NCBI GenBank assembly: GCA_963814585.1
Contig: CAWFDF010000007.1
Span: 1 to 46,708 of the forward strand
Length of the DNA: 46,708 bases
Source of the DNA: an uncultured delta proteobacterium
GTDB lineage: Bacteria; Myxococcota; Myxococcia; Myxococcales; Anaeromyxobacteraceae
Direction of reading: 5' to 3'
Shown here: in pieces, positions 1-9,779 of the stretch
How positions within the stretch are numbered: the stretch's first letter is position 1
Layout of the letters: the number at the start of each line of letters is the position of its first letter
The notes under the pieces: model-generated
The model's database searches: none
What the model saw: the letters and a program-made list of their open reading frames with translations, nothing else
What the model was told of the DNA's origin: nothing
Made by a program: the position numbers and the translations under genes

Positions 1-362
1 CGCCGGTGACCGGCTCTCCCTCACCCGGGGCGCCAACCGCATGGACGTGTTCCGCCTGGCGCCCACCGGCCTCTCCTCCGTGCTCTCGGGGCACCGGGTG
101 GACGTCGCCGACGCCGCCGGCACCCGCAGCTCCCTGTTCCTGCACGTCATCGGCCTCGACGGCGCGGTCGCCTCCGCCACCCGCTCCGACGCCGCCGGCG
201 AGACCGGCGTCGACATCACCTTCGCCGACGGCCGCAGCGTCACCGTCCGCTTCTCCTCCTCCGGCGGCGGCGGCCTCCGTCACCCGCTCGGCCCCGCGGC
301 GCTTCCCTCTTCAACGGCCCCCTGCCCACCACCGTTGCCACCCTGCCCTCTTCGCCAGGTAG
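1..362 (+). CDS. 3' end of a large protein running in from the left edge; beta-rich C-terminus, possibly heparinase II/III-like or another polysaccharide-active protein; frameshifted near its end
   Basis: Open frame from position 2 (AGDRLSLTRGANRMDVFRLAP...SLFLHVIGLDGAVASATRSD...VTVRFSSSGGG) with strongly G/C-ending codons; likely stop TAG at 360-362 in another frame (..PALFAR*). Family is a guess from sequence style and EPS context. Confidence 0.4.
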   Translation, partial: PVTGSPSPGAPTAWTCSAWRPPASPPCSRGTGWTSPTPPAPAAPCSCTSSASTARSPPPPAPTPPARPASTSPSPTAAASPSASPPPAAAASVTRSAPRRFPLQRPPAHHRCHPALFAR

Positions 363-380
363 GGCCGCCGTGCGCCGCCG

Positions 381-1125
381 TCACTTCTCGACGTGATGCG
401 AGGCCGTCGCCAGGTGACCCAGGCCGGGGTCGCGCGCAGCGCCACATGGTCATTCGCTTCACGACATCGGCCGCGAAGATCGGAGAAGCGCCTGATCCTC
501 GAGAGGACGTGGAAGGGATTGCACACCAGGCGCGTGAACTCCCGTGTCACGCCTGGATCTTCGCCCAGGTGATCGGGCGCTTCCTGCTCGTGTAGTGACC
601 TTCTGGGTCGAGGCGCTCGACGAGCGCGGAGTTGCTGATGTGCTCGAAGAAGAGGCCTTGACCTTCTGGCTTCAGGAGCCGCTTGACCTCGCACGCCCGC
701 GCTGAGGCCGATGTGGGGGAGGATTCGAAGCCGTGGACGACGTTGAAGGTCTCGTCGGGGGAGCTGGTCGGATCGGACCTCATGCTCCGGGCGGAGACCC
801 GGTCCCGAGCACCGTTGGGCTCGGCCGCGCCGCGTCAGCCGCACCCCGACCGGTGAGATGTCGATGGCGGTCACCTCGGCACCCATCAGCGCGAGGTACG
901 TCGACTCCTCTCCCATCCCGCAGCCGAGGTCGAGGACCCTGCATCCCCGCACCTCTCCGAGCAGCCGGGCACCGTACTGTCGCCAGTCCCAGTCGTGGCG
1001 CGGGCTGCGTACTTCTGGAAGTACCGCTGGTTCAGTCCCAGCCGTCCAGCGTGCCTGGCGTACTCGGCATCCGCAAAGGCCGCCTCCTCGTCCAGGGATC
1101 CGGCGATCGTGTCCGTGGCGTCCAA
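381..1125 (-). CDS. Class I SAM-dependent methyltransferase (several frameshifts)
   Basis: Pieces in three frames: MDATDTIAGSLDEEAAFADAEY..., RVLDLGCGMGEESTYLALMGAEVTAIDISP (SAM motif I and acidic motif II), ..DETFNVVHG..EVKRLLKPEGQGLFFE; GGAG before TTG at 1125; probable TGA at 383-381. Confidence 0.7.
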
Positions 1126-1402
1126 GTCCCAACTCCCTCACCAGCGTGCCGCGCGAACTCACGGCCGCCGATGCGCTCCGGGGCGGGTGGCCCTGGCTTC
1201 CCGACCGGATCCAGACCCGGGCCCCGGTCCCGGGATCCTCGGCGGAGCCAGCAGATCTCGACGGCCGCATCGTCCCACCATCCGGACCGGTGATCCCTAC
1301 CCCGATGGGAGCAGGGGGCCACTCCAGGCGCTCGCCCGGGTCATCGGCGGATGCGGCCGACACGGCTGGGGTCGCTCCCGAGGCGGCGCCCACCCGCGGG
1401 GC

Positions 1403-2581
1403 CTATCGGGGGGCGCCCGAGCCCCCACCGGCCAGCATCGCCTCGACCCGCTCCTGGACGCGGCGGAGGGTGGCGTCCCAGGTCATGGTCGAGGCCAGGG
1501 CCGTCTGCGCCTCCACCTCGGCCCGCGTGAGCCCGCTCTCCACGGCGGCATCGAGGTGGGCCAGCAGCTCCTCCCGGGTCCGGCCGATGCGCACGTGGGC
1601 GCGGAACTTCTCGATCTCCGGCGTCGACACCGACACGATCGGCTTGCCCATGGCCAGGTACTCCCGCAGCTTGAGCGGGTTGGCGTGCAGGACCTGCGGC
1701 GTCAATCGGTACGGGATGAGCGCCGCGGAGAACACCTTCCCGTAGGCCGGCAGGGACTCGTAGGGCCTGCGGCCGAGGTAGACCAGGTTGGGCCGCCGCG
1801 GGATCTCCGCCTCCGGGACCGCCAGCCGGCCGATCATCAGGAAGGTCCAGCCCGGCCGCCGCTCGGCGAGCCAGCCCACCAGCCCGAGGTCGATCCAGCT
1901 CTCGATGAGCCCGAAGAAGCCGATCACGGGCCCCGGCAGGCACGACGCGTCCGCGGGCACCTCGAGCGCGGGATCCTGCGCCCGGACGAAGTGGGCGAGA
2001 TCGACGCCGTGCGGCGCCAGGTGGGTCTGCGGGTTGAGCCTCGACTTCCCGGCGAGCAGGGTCTCGGAGGCCACGAACACCAGGTCGGCCCGCCTGGTCA
2101 GCTCCTCGTCCATGGCGCGCACCGCGGCGGCGTCCACGTCCGGAAGCGAGGCGTAGTCGTCGATGCAGTAGTAGACCGAGAGCCGATCGCCGAGGCGGCC
2201 AGCCACGGCGGCGAGGTGCGGCACCACGAACCAGGTCACGGGCTCCCGGATCCCCTGGCGGCGGAGGAGCCGCCGCAGCGTCCAGAGGAGGAGCGCCCGG
2301 TTGAGGCGTCGCACCAGGCCGAATCGATGAAGCGGGACCTGCAGGAGGGTCAGGACCGAGATCCCTTCGGGCTGGAGTCGCGGCCCGGCGAGGGCCAGCC
2401 GGAGCTTGCGCACGAGCTTGCCCAGGTCGCGCCCGGTGGCCTTGGGGGCCCGGAGCCCCGGGCACTCGACGTAGATGACCCGGTACCGCGCCGCCAGCCA
2501 GCGTGCCACGTGGTGGCTGGAGGTCCGGTTCTCGGCCGCCCAGTCGTTGCCGAAGTAGAGGATGGTCGGCGGCTCAGCCAC
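1403..2581 (-). CDS. GT-B fold glycosyltransferase (GT4-like, TuaH-type)
   Basis: 392 aa with ILYFGNDW..RTSSHH, VYYCIDDY, HGVDLAHF, IGFFGLIESWID and NPLKLREYLAMGKPIVS motifs. Confidence 0.9.
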   Translation of the reverse strand: MAEPPTILYFGNDWAAENRTSSHHVARWLAARYRVIYVECPGLRAPKATGRDLGKLVRKLRLALAGPRLQPEGISVLTLLQVPLHRFGLVRRLNRALLLWTLRRLLRRQGIREPVTWFVVPHLAAVAGRLGDRLSVYYCIDDYASLPDVDAAAVRAMDEELTRRADLVFVASETLLAGKSRLNPQTHLAPHGVDLAHFVRAQDPALEVPADASCLPGPVIGFFGLIESWIDLGLVGWLAERRPGWTFLMIGRLAVPEAEIPRRPNLVYLGRRPYESLPAYGKVFSAALIPYRLTPQVLHANPLKLREYLAMGKPIVSVSTPEIEKFRAHVRIGRTREELLAHLDAAVESGLTRAEVEAQTALASTMTWDATLRRVQERVEAMLAGGGSGAPR

Positions 2582-3266
2582 CGATCCACTCCGAGGGCGT
2601 GGTGAAGCCCAGGCCCAGGGCGCCGGCCCGCTCCACGAGGGCGTCCAGCACCGGGACGATTCGTCCGTGGCTGTCGTGGAGCAGGACGATGTCGCCGCCC
2701 CGGAGCGGCTCGGACTCCAGCCAGCGCCGGAAGGGGTCCAGCCCGGCCAGGGCGTAGTCCTTCGGGTCGCGGTTCCACAGCACCACGCTCTGCCCCAGTG
2801 ACCACAGCCCCAGGAGCTTGCCAGGAGTCAGCTTGCCATGGGGCGGGCGGAACAGCCTCACGGCCCGGCCCACCAGCGGCCGCAGGACCTCGATCGTGCG
2901 CCGGACCTCCTCGAGCAGCACCGCCGCAGAGGTCTCGTGCGGCCGCCCGTGCGACCAGGAATGGTGGCCGACCTCGTGACCCTCGTCGACCATGCGGCGG
3001 ACCAGCCCGGGGTGCGCCTCGACCCTGGAACCGACCACGAAGAAGGTGGCGCGCAGGTCGAGCGCGCCCAGCCGGTCCAGCACCGCCGGTGTGTGGACGG
3101 GATCGGGGCCGTCGTCGAAGGTGAGCGCGATGGTGCGGCCGGGACTCGGACCGGAGGTCATGAAGAGCCGGCGCGGGAGGGAGGCCGACATGACCCGCCG
3201 GATGCCCTGTCGAAGAGGTGAGCCTCGGTATGGGGTTTCGATGACCATCCGCTCCTGGCTCACCAT
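2574..3266 (-). CDS. Polysaccharide deacetylase (NodB / CE4 family)
   Basis: TFDDGP, H(S)WSH, FRPPHG and DIVLLHD motifs; overlaps the start of the downstream glycosyltransferase by 8 nt. Confidence 0.92.
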   Translation of the reverse strand: MVSQERMVIETPYRGSPLRQGIRRVMSASLPRRLFMTSGPSPGRTIALTFDDGPDPVHTPAVLDRLGALDLRATFFVVGSRVEAHPGLVRRMVDEGHEVGHHSWSHGRPHETSAAVLLEEVRRTIEVLRPLVGRAVRLFRPPHGKLTPGKLLGLWSLGQSVVLWNRDPKDYALAGLDPFRRWLESEPLRGGDIVLLHDSHGRIVPVLDALVERAGALGLGFTTPSEWIGG

Positions 3267-3343
3267 GAGGCCTCGCCGTGGTCGGTCGCCGGCCCTTCAT
3301 TCTTAGTGCATTTGCTATGTTGCCCGGTAGGGGGGCGGCACCC

Positions 3344-4612
3344 GTGGAACCAACACGCCAGCGGAGCCTCCGGACCACCATCGGTGGTCTCGTCCTGCTC
3401 GTCACGGCCACCGCCCTGTCGGGCCGAGCCGGTGCCGAGACCATCATCCGGTTCGACGGATCGGCCAACGTCGTCTCCAGGGCTGCCGCTCCGGCCTACG
3501 CCCTCGAGCATGGCGTCGAGGCCCGGCCGGCCCTGACGCTCCAGGTCGGGACTCCCCGGCTGGTCTGGCGTGCCGGCTACCTTCTCGCCTACGACCTGGA
3601 TGCCTACGGGGAGAGCACCTCCTCGCACTTCGCCAGTCTCAGCCTGGCCGCGGAGCCCAGCCCGCGCACCCTGGTCACGGCGGGCGCCAGCTTCACCCAG
3701 GGTGGCGTCGCCTTCCGCATCAGCCAGCCTCCTGCGGATGCCGGGCGACCGGCCCTCCTGGATCCGGGCGGCGGCGTGCTGCTCACGGGCACGTTCCGTC
3801 AGACCCTCGGCTGGGAGGCGTCACCGAGCCTCCGGCTGGGGCAGGAGCTCCGCGCCTCCCAGGCCGCTCGCCCGGACGCCTTCGACGACAGGAACAGGAC
3901 CGTCGCAGGGCTGCTCCGTCTCGACTGGCTGCGCCAGTCGTCGTCCCTGGGCCTCGGAGGCGGCGCCAGCCTTGCCTCGCTCAAGCCCCTGGATTCCCCG
4001 AGCTGGCAGCCGCACCTGGACTCCTGGACCTGCTCCCTCCTGGGCGCCTGGAGCCTGGACGTCGACGAGCGCTGGAGCGGCCAGCTGACGGCCGGCCTCC
4101 AGCTGGTGAGGGTCGTCGGCCAGGCGCCGGATGCGCTCTCCCCCGCCGGAGGCCTCGTCATCCGCTACGCGGCGGGCCCCGGCGAGGCGTCGCTCACCGC
4201 CCAGCACGCCATCCTCCCCATGCTCGAGACCGGCACCCTGTCCGAGAGCGACGAGGTCGTGCTGCGCGCCACGATGTCGCTCGACCCCGACCGGCGGCGC
4301 GTGCTGGCCGGCTCCGCCGGCTTCGTCAGCCTCCGGCCGCCCATCGTCGGCCCCGCCGTGGCGGCCGCGAGCACCGCGCTGCGCGGGGACGTCGGCCTGG
4401 TGTGGGGCCTGTCGACCTGGCTCCAGGCCACGGTCCGCTACAGCATCTCCCACCAGTACTGGAGCGGGACCTCCTCGACCGTTCACGTCTTGCTGGCCGG
4501 CCTCACCTTCCACTTCAGCAACGCCGACCGGTTGCCCCCCGTTCCTGCTCCCGGCCAGCGCGTCGACGGGAGCGATTCGGTGCGGTTCCGCACCGAGCCG
4601 GGCCGGCCATGA
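3344..4612 (+). CDS. Outer-membrane beta-barrel protein, probably the polysaccharide export porin (EpsX/Wzp-like)
   Basis: Signal peptide (..IGGLVLLVTATALSGRAGA|ET), then many amphipathic strands with terminal aromatics (LVWRAGYLLAYD, WLQATVRYSISHQY, VLLAGLTFHF); lies in an EPS locus. Start uncertain (3278, 3317 or 3344). Confidence 0.65.
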   Translation: MEPTRQRSLRTTIGGLVLLVTATALSGRAGAETIIRFDGSANVVSRAAAPAYALEHGVEARPALTLQVGTPRLVWRAGYLLAYDLDAYGESTSSHFASLSLAAEPSPRTLVTAGASFTQGGVAFRISQPPADAGRPALLDPGGGVLLTGTFRQTLGWEASPSLRLGQELRASQAARPDAFDDRNRTVAGLLRLDWLRQSSSLGLGGGASLASLKPLDSPSWQPHLDSWTCSLLGAWSLDVDERWSGQLTAGLQLVRVVGQAPDALSPAGGLVIRYAAGPGEASLTAQHAILPMLETGTLSESDEVVLRATMSLDPDRRRVLAGSAGFVSLRPPIVGPAVAAASTALRGDVGLVWGLSTWLQATVRYSISHQYWSGTSSTVHVLLAGLTFHFSNADRLPPVPAPGQRVDGSDSVRFRTEPGRP

Positions 4613-4619
4613 GGATCGC

Positions 4620-5804
4620 GTGAGGCCGTCCCTGCACATCGCTCACGTCCTGTCGTCGCTCGAGCTCGGGGGCCAGGAGCGGGTGGCGCTCGACCTGGCC
4701 GCTGGCCAGGTCGGAGCCGGGCACCGCGTGACGGCCATCTCGCTGGCGTCGCCGCCGGACGGCCGCCTGGCCCCCGAGTTCCGGGCCGCCGGGGCGACGG
4801 TGGTGGAGGTGGAACGCCGGAGGCCGGGAGCCGACCCGGCGCTGGTGCTCGACCTGTCCCGCCGGCTTCGCGCGAGCCAGGTGGACCTCGTCCACACCCA
4901 TAACCGGATGGCCTTGATGTACGGCGCCCCCGCGGGCCGCCTGGCGCGCGTGGCGGTCGTGCACACCAAGCACGGCAGGAACCCCGGCAGCGCCATGCAG
5001 CTCGTCGCGGCCAGGATGGCCGCCAGGTGCGTGGATGCCTTCGTCGCCGTCTCTCCAGAGACCGCGGTGTTCGCCCGCGCTCGCCAGGAGGTCGACGAGC
5101 GGCGGCTCTCGGTGATCCCCAACGGGATCCAGCTGGACCGCTTCCGCCCAGACGCCGCCGCCCGGCAGCAGGTTCGCACCGAGCTCGGCATCGCCCCCGA
5201 GGCCTGGGTGGTCGGCACGGTGGGCCGGCTCGCGGTGGAGAAGAACCAGGCGCTGCTCCTGAGCGCCGTCGCCCCGCTGCTGGGTGACCGGACCCGCCTG
5301 CTGGTGGCCGGCGACGGGCCCTTGCTGCCGGCGCTCTCGGCCCGGGCGGCCGCGCTCGGCGTGGCGCCGTTCGTCCACCTGCTCGGCGCCCGGCGAGACG
5401 TGCCGGACCTCCTCAACGCGCTCGACGCCTTCGCGCTCTCCTCCGACAGCGAGGGGCTGCCGCTGGTGATCCCGGAGGCGATGGCCACTGGCCTTCCGGT
5501 CGTCTCGACGCAGGTGGGCGGCGTCCCGGACGTCCTCGAGGAGGGGCTGACGGGGTTCATGGTGCCAGCCGGGGACGAGGCCGGGCTGCGGAGCCGGATC
5601 GCGGCGCTCCGGGCCGACCTGGCGCTCGGACGGGCCTGTGGCGCCCGGGCGCGCGCCGTCGCCCTGGCGCGCTTCTCCGCCGGGCGGATGCTTCGCGACT
5701 ACCTCGAGCTCTACCGCCGGGTCCTGTCGGGGCGACCTGACCGATGGTCCGGGCCCGGTCCGGCCGACGGCGTCAGCGCCCCGCCGGGGCGGGCATCTCG
5801 TTGA
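4620..5804 (+). CDS. Glycosyltransferase family 4
   Basis: GTG at 4620 after GAGG; IAHVLSSLELGGQE, VIPNGI, VGRLAVEKNQ and EGLPLVIPEAMATGLPVV (EX7E) motifs. Confidence 0.92.
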   Translation: MRPSLHIAHVLSSLELGGQERVALDLAAGQVGAGHRVTAISLASPPDGRLAPEFRAAGATVVEVERRRPGADPALVLDLSRRLRASQVDLVHTHNRMALMYGAPAGRLARVAVVHTKHGRNPGSAMQLVAARMAARCVDAFVAVSPETAVFARARQEVDERRLSVIPNGIQLDRFRPDAAARQQVRTELGIAPEAWVVGTVGRLAVEKNQALLLSAVAPLLGDRTRLLVAGDGPLLPALSARAAALGVAPFVHLLGARRDVPDLLNALDAFALSSDSEGLPLVIPEAMATGLPVVSTQVGGVPDVLEEGLTGFMVPAGDEAGLRSRIAALRADLALGRACGARARAVALARFSAGRMLRDYLELYRRVLSGRPDRWSGPGPADGVSAPPGRASR

Positions 5805-7134
5805 TGACGAAGCGCGCCTTCCCCGCGGCCGTCCGCGAGATGGCGTCGACGTAGGCGATCTCGATCGAGGCGTCCTGGCCGAGGTGCTGGCGGAAGATGC
5901 GATCGAGCTTCTGCTCCTCGACCTCCGGCCGGTAGTCGGCCGTGCGCACGATCCGGATGGTGACCTGGCCCGCCTGACGCTGGACGATCTGGAACTGCTC
6001 GACGCCGCCGACCATCCTGAAGGCATGGGTGCCGATGACGCCCGAGACGGGGTTGCCGGCGGTCGTGTACAGGAGGTCGTTCACGCGCCCGTCGATCCTC
6101 GTGATCAGCCCCAGGCTCCGGCCGCAGCGGCAGCCCGCGGGTGCCACGGCGCCGGCATCGCCGTTCCGGTACCGGAGGAGCGGGAGCGCGTGGTTGTCGA
6201 GGTCGGTGATCAGGAACGGGCCCTCGCCGCTGAGGCCGGACTGGCCTCCCGGAAGCTCGACCTCGATCACCGAGTGCTCGTCGCAGGTGTGGTAGGCCGG
6301 CTCCCCGGCCTCCGGACAGCTGTAGCCGAGGGACTGCACCTCGCCGCTGCCGTAGTACGGCAGCACCGCGGCGCCGAAGACCCTGCCGATGGTCTGGCGC
6401 CAGCCGTCGAGGAGGAGCTCGGCGGTCGGGAAGACCGCGTCCAGCCGGAGCGGCATGCCGCCACGCTCGACGTGGCAGGCCAGGAGGTAGATCGCCGAGC
6501 CGTACCCCACCAGGGAGCGTGCGCCGGAGGCGCGGACGGCGTCGAGGTACTGGCCGGCGTTGTGCGGACCGAGCTCGAAGGCGGGCAAGAAGGTCTTGCC
6601 GGCGAACCAGCTCTTCAGGCGGTCGAGCGGCCGGCGCGCCGTCACGCCGAGCGTGCCGCCGAAGATCTGGACGAACGGGTCGCCCAGGCGCAGGCCGCCC
6701 CAGCCGAGGCCGCGCCAGTAGCAGGCGCGCTGCCAGACCGAGCCGGCCCGGTCCCGCACGACCTTGATCGGGTTCCCCGTGGTCCCACCGGTCACGCCCG
6801 TCTCCACCGGCGCATCGCCCCGGATGCGCAGCCCGGCGAGGTTGGCACGGAGCTCGTCCTTGGTGAGCACGGGGAGCCTGGGAAGGTCCGCCAGCCCCCG
6901 AATGTCGGCCGGCCGCACGCCGTGCTCGTCCATGAGCAGCCGGTACCGGGGGCTGGCCGAGTAGGCATGCTCGACGAGTCGCACCAGCTTGGCGTCCCGC
7001 AGCTCGTCCAGGCGCCGCCGCTCCCACCGCTCGCTCTCGGCGAGGAAGCGGAGGGCCTGGGTCAAGCCGAGGCCGGCGCCGCGGGATCGCGCTTCCCAGT
7101 GGAGGCGATACAGGCTGGCTCGAATCGAGGGCAC
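5773..7134 (-). CDS. Phenylacetate-CoA ligase family / CapK-like adenylate-forming enzyme
   Basis: LPVLTKDEL, TGGTTGNP (P-loop-like), YYGSGE, ITDLDNHALPLLRYRNGD, GRVND and C-terminal GKARFV motifs. Confidence 0.88.
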   Translation of the reverse strand: MPSIRASLYRLHWEARSRGAGLGLTQALRFLAESERWERRRLDELRDAKLVRLVEHAYSASPRYRLLMDEHGVRPADIRGLADLPRLPVLTKDELRANLAGLRIRGDAPVETGVTGGTTGNPIKVVRDRAGSVWQRACYWRGLGWGGLRLGDPFVQIFGGTLGVTARRPLDRLKSWFAGKTFLPAFELGPHNAGQYLDAVRASGARSLVGYGSAIYLLACHVERGGMPLRLDAVFPTAELLLDGWRQTIGRVFGAAVLPYYGSGEVQSLGYSCPEAGEPAYHTCDEHSVIEVELPGGQSGLSGEGPFLITDLDNHALPLLRYRNGDAGAVAPAGCRCGRSLGLITRIDGRVNDLLYTTAGNPVSGVIGTHAFRMVGGVEQFQIVQRQAGQVTIRIVRTADYRPEVEEQKLDRIFRQHLGQDASIEIAYVDAISRTAAGKARFVINEMPAPAGR

Positions 7135-7200
7135 CGTGGCGGCTTCATACCACGCAGCCCGTCGACCTGGACCGAGCGGGGCGCGCCGGGCCAGGCGGTG

Positions 7201-8304
7201 TCACGCGTCTTCGTCCACGTCGAAGAGATGCCATCGCTCCGCGCTCGCCATGGCGGCCCCGGCGGCCACCTGGGCCTCCGGCTGCACCACCACGGTCCGC
7301 CCCTCGCCCCGGACCACGAAGCCACGGCGGATGAGCAGGTCCCGCACCAGCGGCGCGCCCAGGAAGCGCACCGACGCGCTGGCCGCGCCTCGCCTCCGGA
7401 GGGCGGGCAGGAGGAGGTCCACCAGGGCACCGAGATCGGCGTGGTGGCCGAAGAGGTCGCGCAGGTGCGCCGCCCCCGAGGCCGGCTCCACCTCCACGAC
7501 CGCGTAGGCCCTCAGGTCGCCGCCGCCCCGGCGGGTCAGCGTGGCGAGCGAGGCGCCCGGGGAGCGCCAGGCCAGGAACGCCGCGCTCCGGACCCCGACC
7601 ACCGGGTACTCCTGCCGGGCGGCCGCCCAGAGGGCGTCGAACCGGCCGTCCGGCCAATCGCACCAGCCCAGCCGGAAGGCACGTGCAGCGCCCAGCGCGC
7701 GCGGCAGGTCGAGGGCCATGCGTCCCAGGTCGGCCAGGGCCCCGGCGGCGCGGGCCACCCTCGGCCGCGCCACCATCCGCGCCAGCGCCGGAGGGAAGCC
7801 GGGCCGCTCGCCGAGCCTGGCGGCGTAGGCCTCGTGGCGCAGCACCCGGACGTGCCGCGAGACCGTGCCGAGCGTGCCGAACCCGGCGCGCAGCATGACG
7901 CCCACGGCCTTCTGGTTGGGGAACCCGTAGCCGACCTGGAACCGGTCCCGCACGTGCTCGCGCGCCAGGCGCGCGAGCCGCAACGCCGGAAGCAGGTGCC
8001 GGTGAGCGGCGTCCACCGCGAAGTCCCCGAGGACGGCGGCGCTCGCCTCCCGGCCATCCACCCAGAACCGCCGGATGGCGACGCCCATGGCGCCGACGAT
8101 GCGCTCCTCGCCGGTGGCCGCGTCGCAGGCCCGCAGGACGAGGACGTGAGGGGCCGGGTCGGGCGCCTCCTGGTAGAGCCGCCTGAACTTCTCCTCGGGG
8201 CCGATCCCCAGCGTGAGGTTGTCCCGCCAGATGCGCTGCAGCGCCTCCCGCACGCCCTCCGGCCGCTCCACGGCGACGGCGTAGGTGGCTCGCCCCATCG
8301 TCAC
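7201..8304 (-). CDS. GNAT-family acyltransferase
   Basis: LGDFAVDAAHR, YGFPNQKA and VRSAAFLAWR motifs typical of tandem-GNAT proteins in EPS loci; start GTG 8304 or ATG 8298. Confidence 0.75.
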   Translation of the reverse strand: MTMGRATYAVAVERPEGVREALQRIWRDNLTLGIGPEEKFRRLYQEAPDPAPHVLVLRACDAATGEERIVGAMGVAIRRFWVDGREASAAVLGDFAVDAAHRHLLPALRLARLAREHVRDRFQVGYGFPNQKAVGVMLRAGFGTLGTVSRHVRVLRHEAYAARLGERPGFPPALARMVARPRVARAAGALADLGRMALDLPRALGAARAFRLGWCDWPDGRFDALWAAARQEYPVVGVRSAAFLAWRSPGASLATLTRRGGGDLRAYAVVEVEPASGAAHLRDLFGHHADLGALVDLLLPALRRRGAASASVRFLGAPLVRDLLIRRGFVVRGEGRTVVVQPEAQVAAGAAMASAERWHLFDVDEDA

Positions 8305-8378
8305 GCCGGCACTATGGCACGACCGGGAGCGGCCACGGCTCCCCGGGCCGGGCGGCGGCCGTGGCCCTCCGGGGCCCG

Positions 8379-8387
8379 TGCTAGATT
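8379..8387 (+). promoter_or_regulatory. Putative extended -10 promoter (TG-C-TAGATT) for the DUF362 gene
   Basis: TGCTAGATT ends 6 nt before the GTG start at 8394; no Shine-Dalgarno sequence in between. Confidence 0.4.
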
Positions 8388-8393
8388 CCCCGG

Positions 8394-9779
8394 GTGTCCA
8401 ATGGCACGCGCGTCCACGCATCGCGGAGGGTGTTCCTGGCCGGGGGGCTGGCCGCGGTCGGCGCGGGGGGTGCGGCCCTGATGCTCGGCGGAAGGTTCCG
8501 GCGCGCCGTCGCCAGGTACACGCAGCTCAAGTCGTTCACGGCCGCGCCGGAGCTGCCCATCGAGGACCCGGTGCGCGACCGCGCCAGGATCCACGTCGCC
8601 CAGGGCGGCACGCCCGCGGAGAACGTGGACGCGGTTCTCTCCTCGCTGGGCGGCCCTGGCGCGGTGGTCGGACGGGACGACGTGGTGATCGTCAAGGTGA
8701 GCGCGCAGTGGTGGAACCAGGGGATGACCAACGTCGCGGCGGTGAAGCGCGTGCTGGAGCGGATCCTCGAGCGCCCCGGGTTCGCCGGCGAGGTCATCGT
8801 CTTCGAGAACACCCACTTCCGGCTGCGCGACGGCTCCGGGCTGTCGCGGGCCTGGACCCACCCGTCCGTGCGGAACGTCGACGTCCCGGGGTGGAGCAGG
8901 CTCGGTGACCTCATCCCGCACTTCCGGAGGCTCGGCGCGCCGGTCAGCTTCGTCGGGCTCGTCGACGCGGGCGAGAGCTCGCTGTCGGGCGACGACTGGC
9001 ACGACCCGGGCCACGAGCACGGGGTCTACGGAGGGGACGGCCGTGGGCCCATCCGGCCAGGGGAGGATCGCGACGGCTACCACTGGGACTTCGCACGCGC
9101 CTTCCGTCTCGCCAGGAGCTGGGTCGACGAGGCGAGGACGCCGCTGACCTGGCCGCGCTTCACCTCCCCGCTCACCGGGCTGGTGGTGGACCTCGCCGAC
9201 GGCGTCCTGCGCCGCGAGGCGGGACGACTGGTGCCGGCCGGCCGGAAGCTCACCTGGATCAACATGACCACGGCCAACGAGCACCCCGCGACCGGGTTCA
9301 CCGGGGCCTGCAAGTCGCCCATGGGGATCGTCGACATGAGCGCGGGGGCCCTGGGGACCCATCCGCTGGCCAGGGGCTACCGATCGGTCCACTACTTCGG
9401 GCGCGGCTCTCCCAGCGCCAGCTGGCGGATGGCCGGCCCGCTGGCCCAGCTTGCCCGCGAGATCCGGGCGCCAGACCTGATCGTGACGGTCGCCGAGTGG
9501 GTGGCCTTCCAGCCCGCGGGCTTCGACGGGCCAGGGGACACCCGCCACTCGGCGAACACCTGCGTCCAGAAGCGGACCGTCCTGGCCGGGACCGACCCGG
9601 TCGCCATCGACGCCTGGGCCGTGCGCAACCTGATGGCGGATCTGCCCAGCGCCCATCGACAGGCCTACCTCTCGCTGGACGACCCCGACTCGACGGTGAC
9701 CAAGTTCCTGCGCTACTACCGGCAGGTCTACGGCAAGGGCACTCTCCAGGCGTCGCTCATCGAGGTGGGCTCGCCGTGA
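8394..9779 (+). CDS. DUF362 domain-containing protein with a twin-arginine (Tat) signal
   Basis: SRRVFL followed by a hydrophobic stretch; VVIVKV..Q, HPATGFTGACKSPMG and VLAGTDPVAIDAW match the DUF362 pattern. Confidence 0.75.
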   Translation: MSNGTRVHASRRVFLAGGLAAVGAGGAALMLGGRFRRAVARYTQLKSFTAAPELPIEDPVRDRARIHVAQGGTPAENVDAVLSSLGGPGAVVGRDDVVIVKVSAQWWNQGMTNVAAVKRVLERILERPGFAGEVIVFENTHFRLRDGSGLSRAWTHPSVRNVDVPGWSRLGDLIPHFRRLGAPVSFVGLVDAGESSLSGDDWHDPGHEHGVYGGDGRGPIRPGEDRDGYHWDFARAFRLARSWVDEARTPLTWPRFTSPLTGLVVDLADGVLRREAGRLVPAGRKLTWINMTTANEHPATGFTGACKSPMGIVDMSAGALGTHPLARGYRSVHYFGRGSPSASWRMAGPLAQLAREIRAPDLIVTVAEWVAFQPAGFDGPGDTRHSANTCVQKRTVLAGTDPVAIDAWAVRNLMADLPSAHRQAYLSLDDPDSTVTKFLRYYRQVYGKGTLQASLIEVGSP

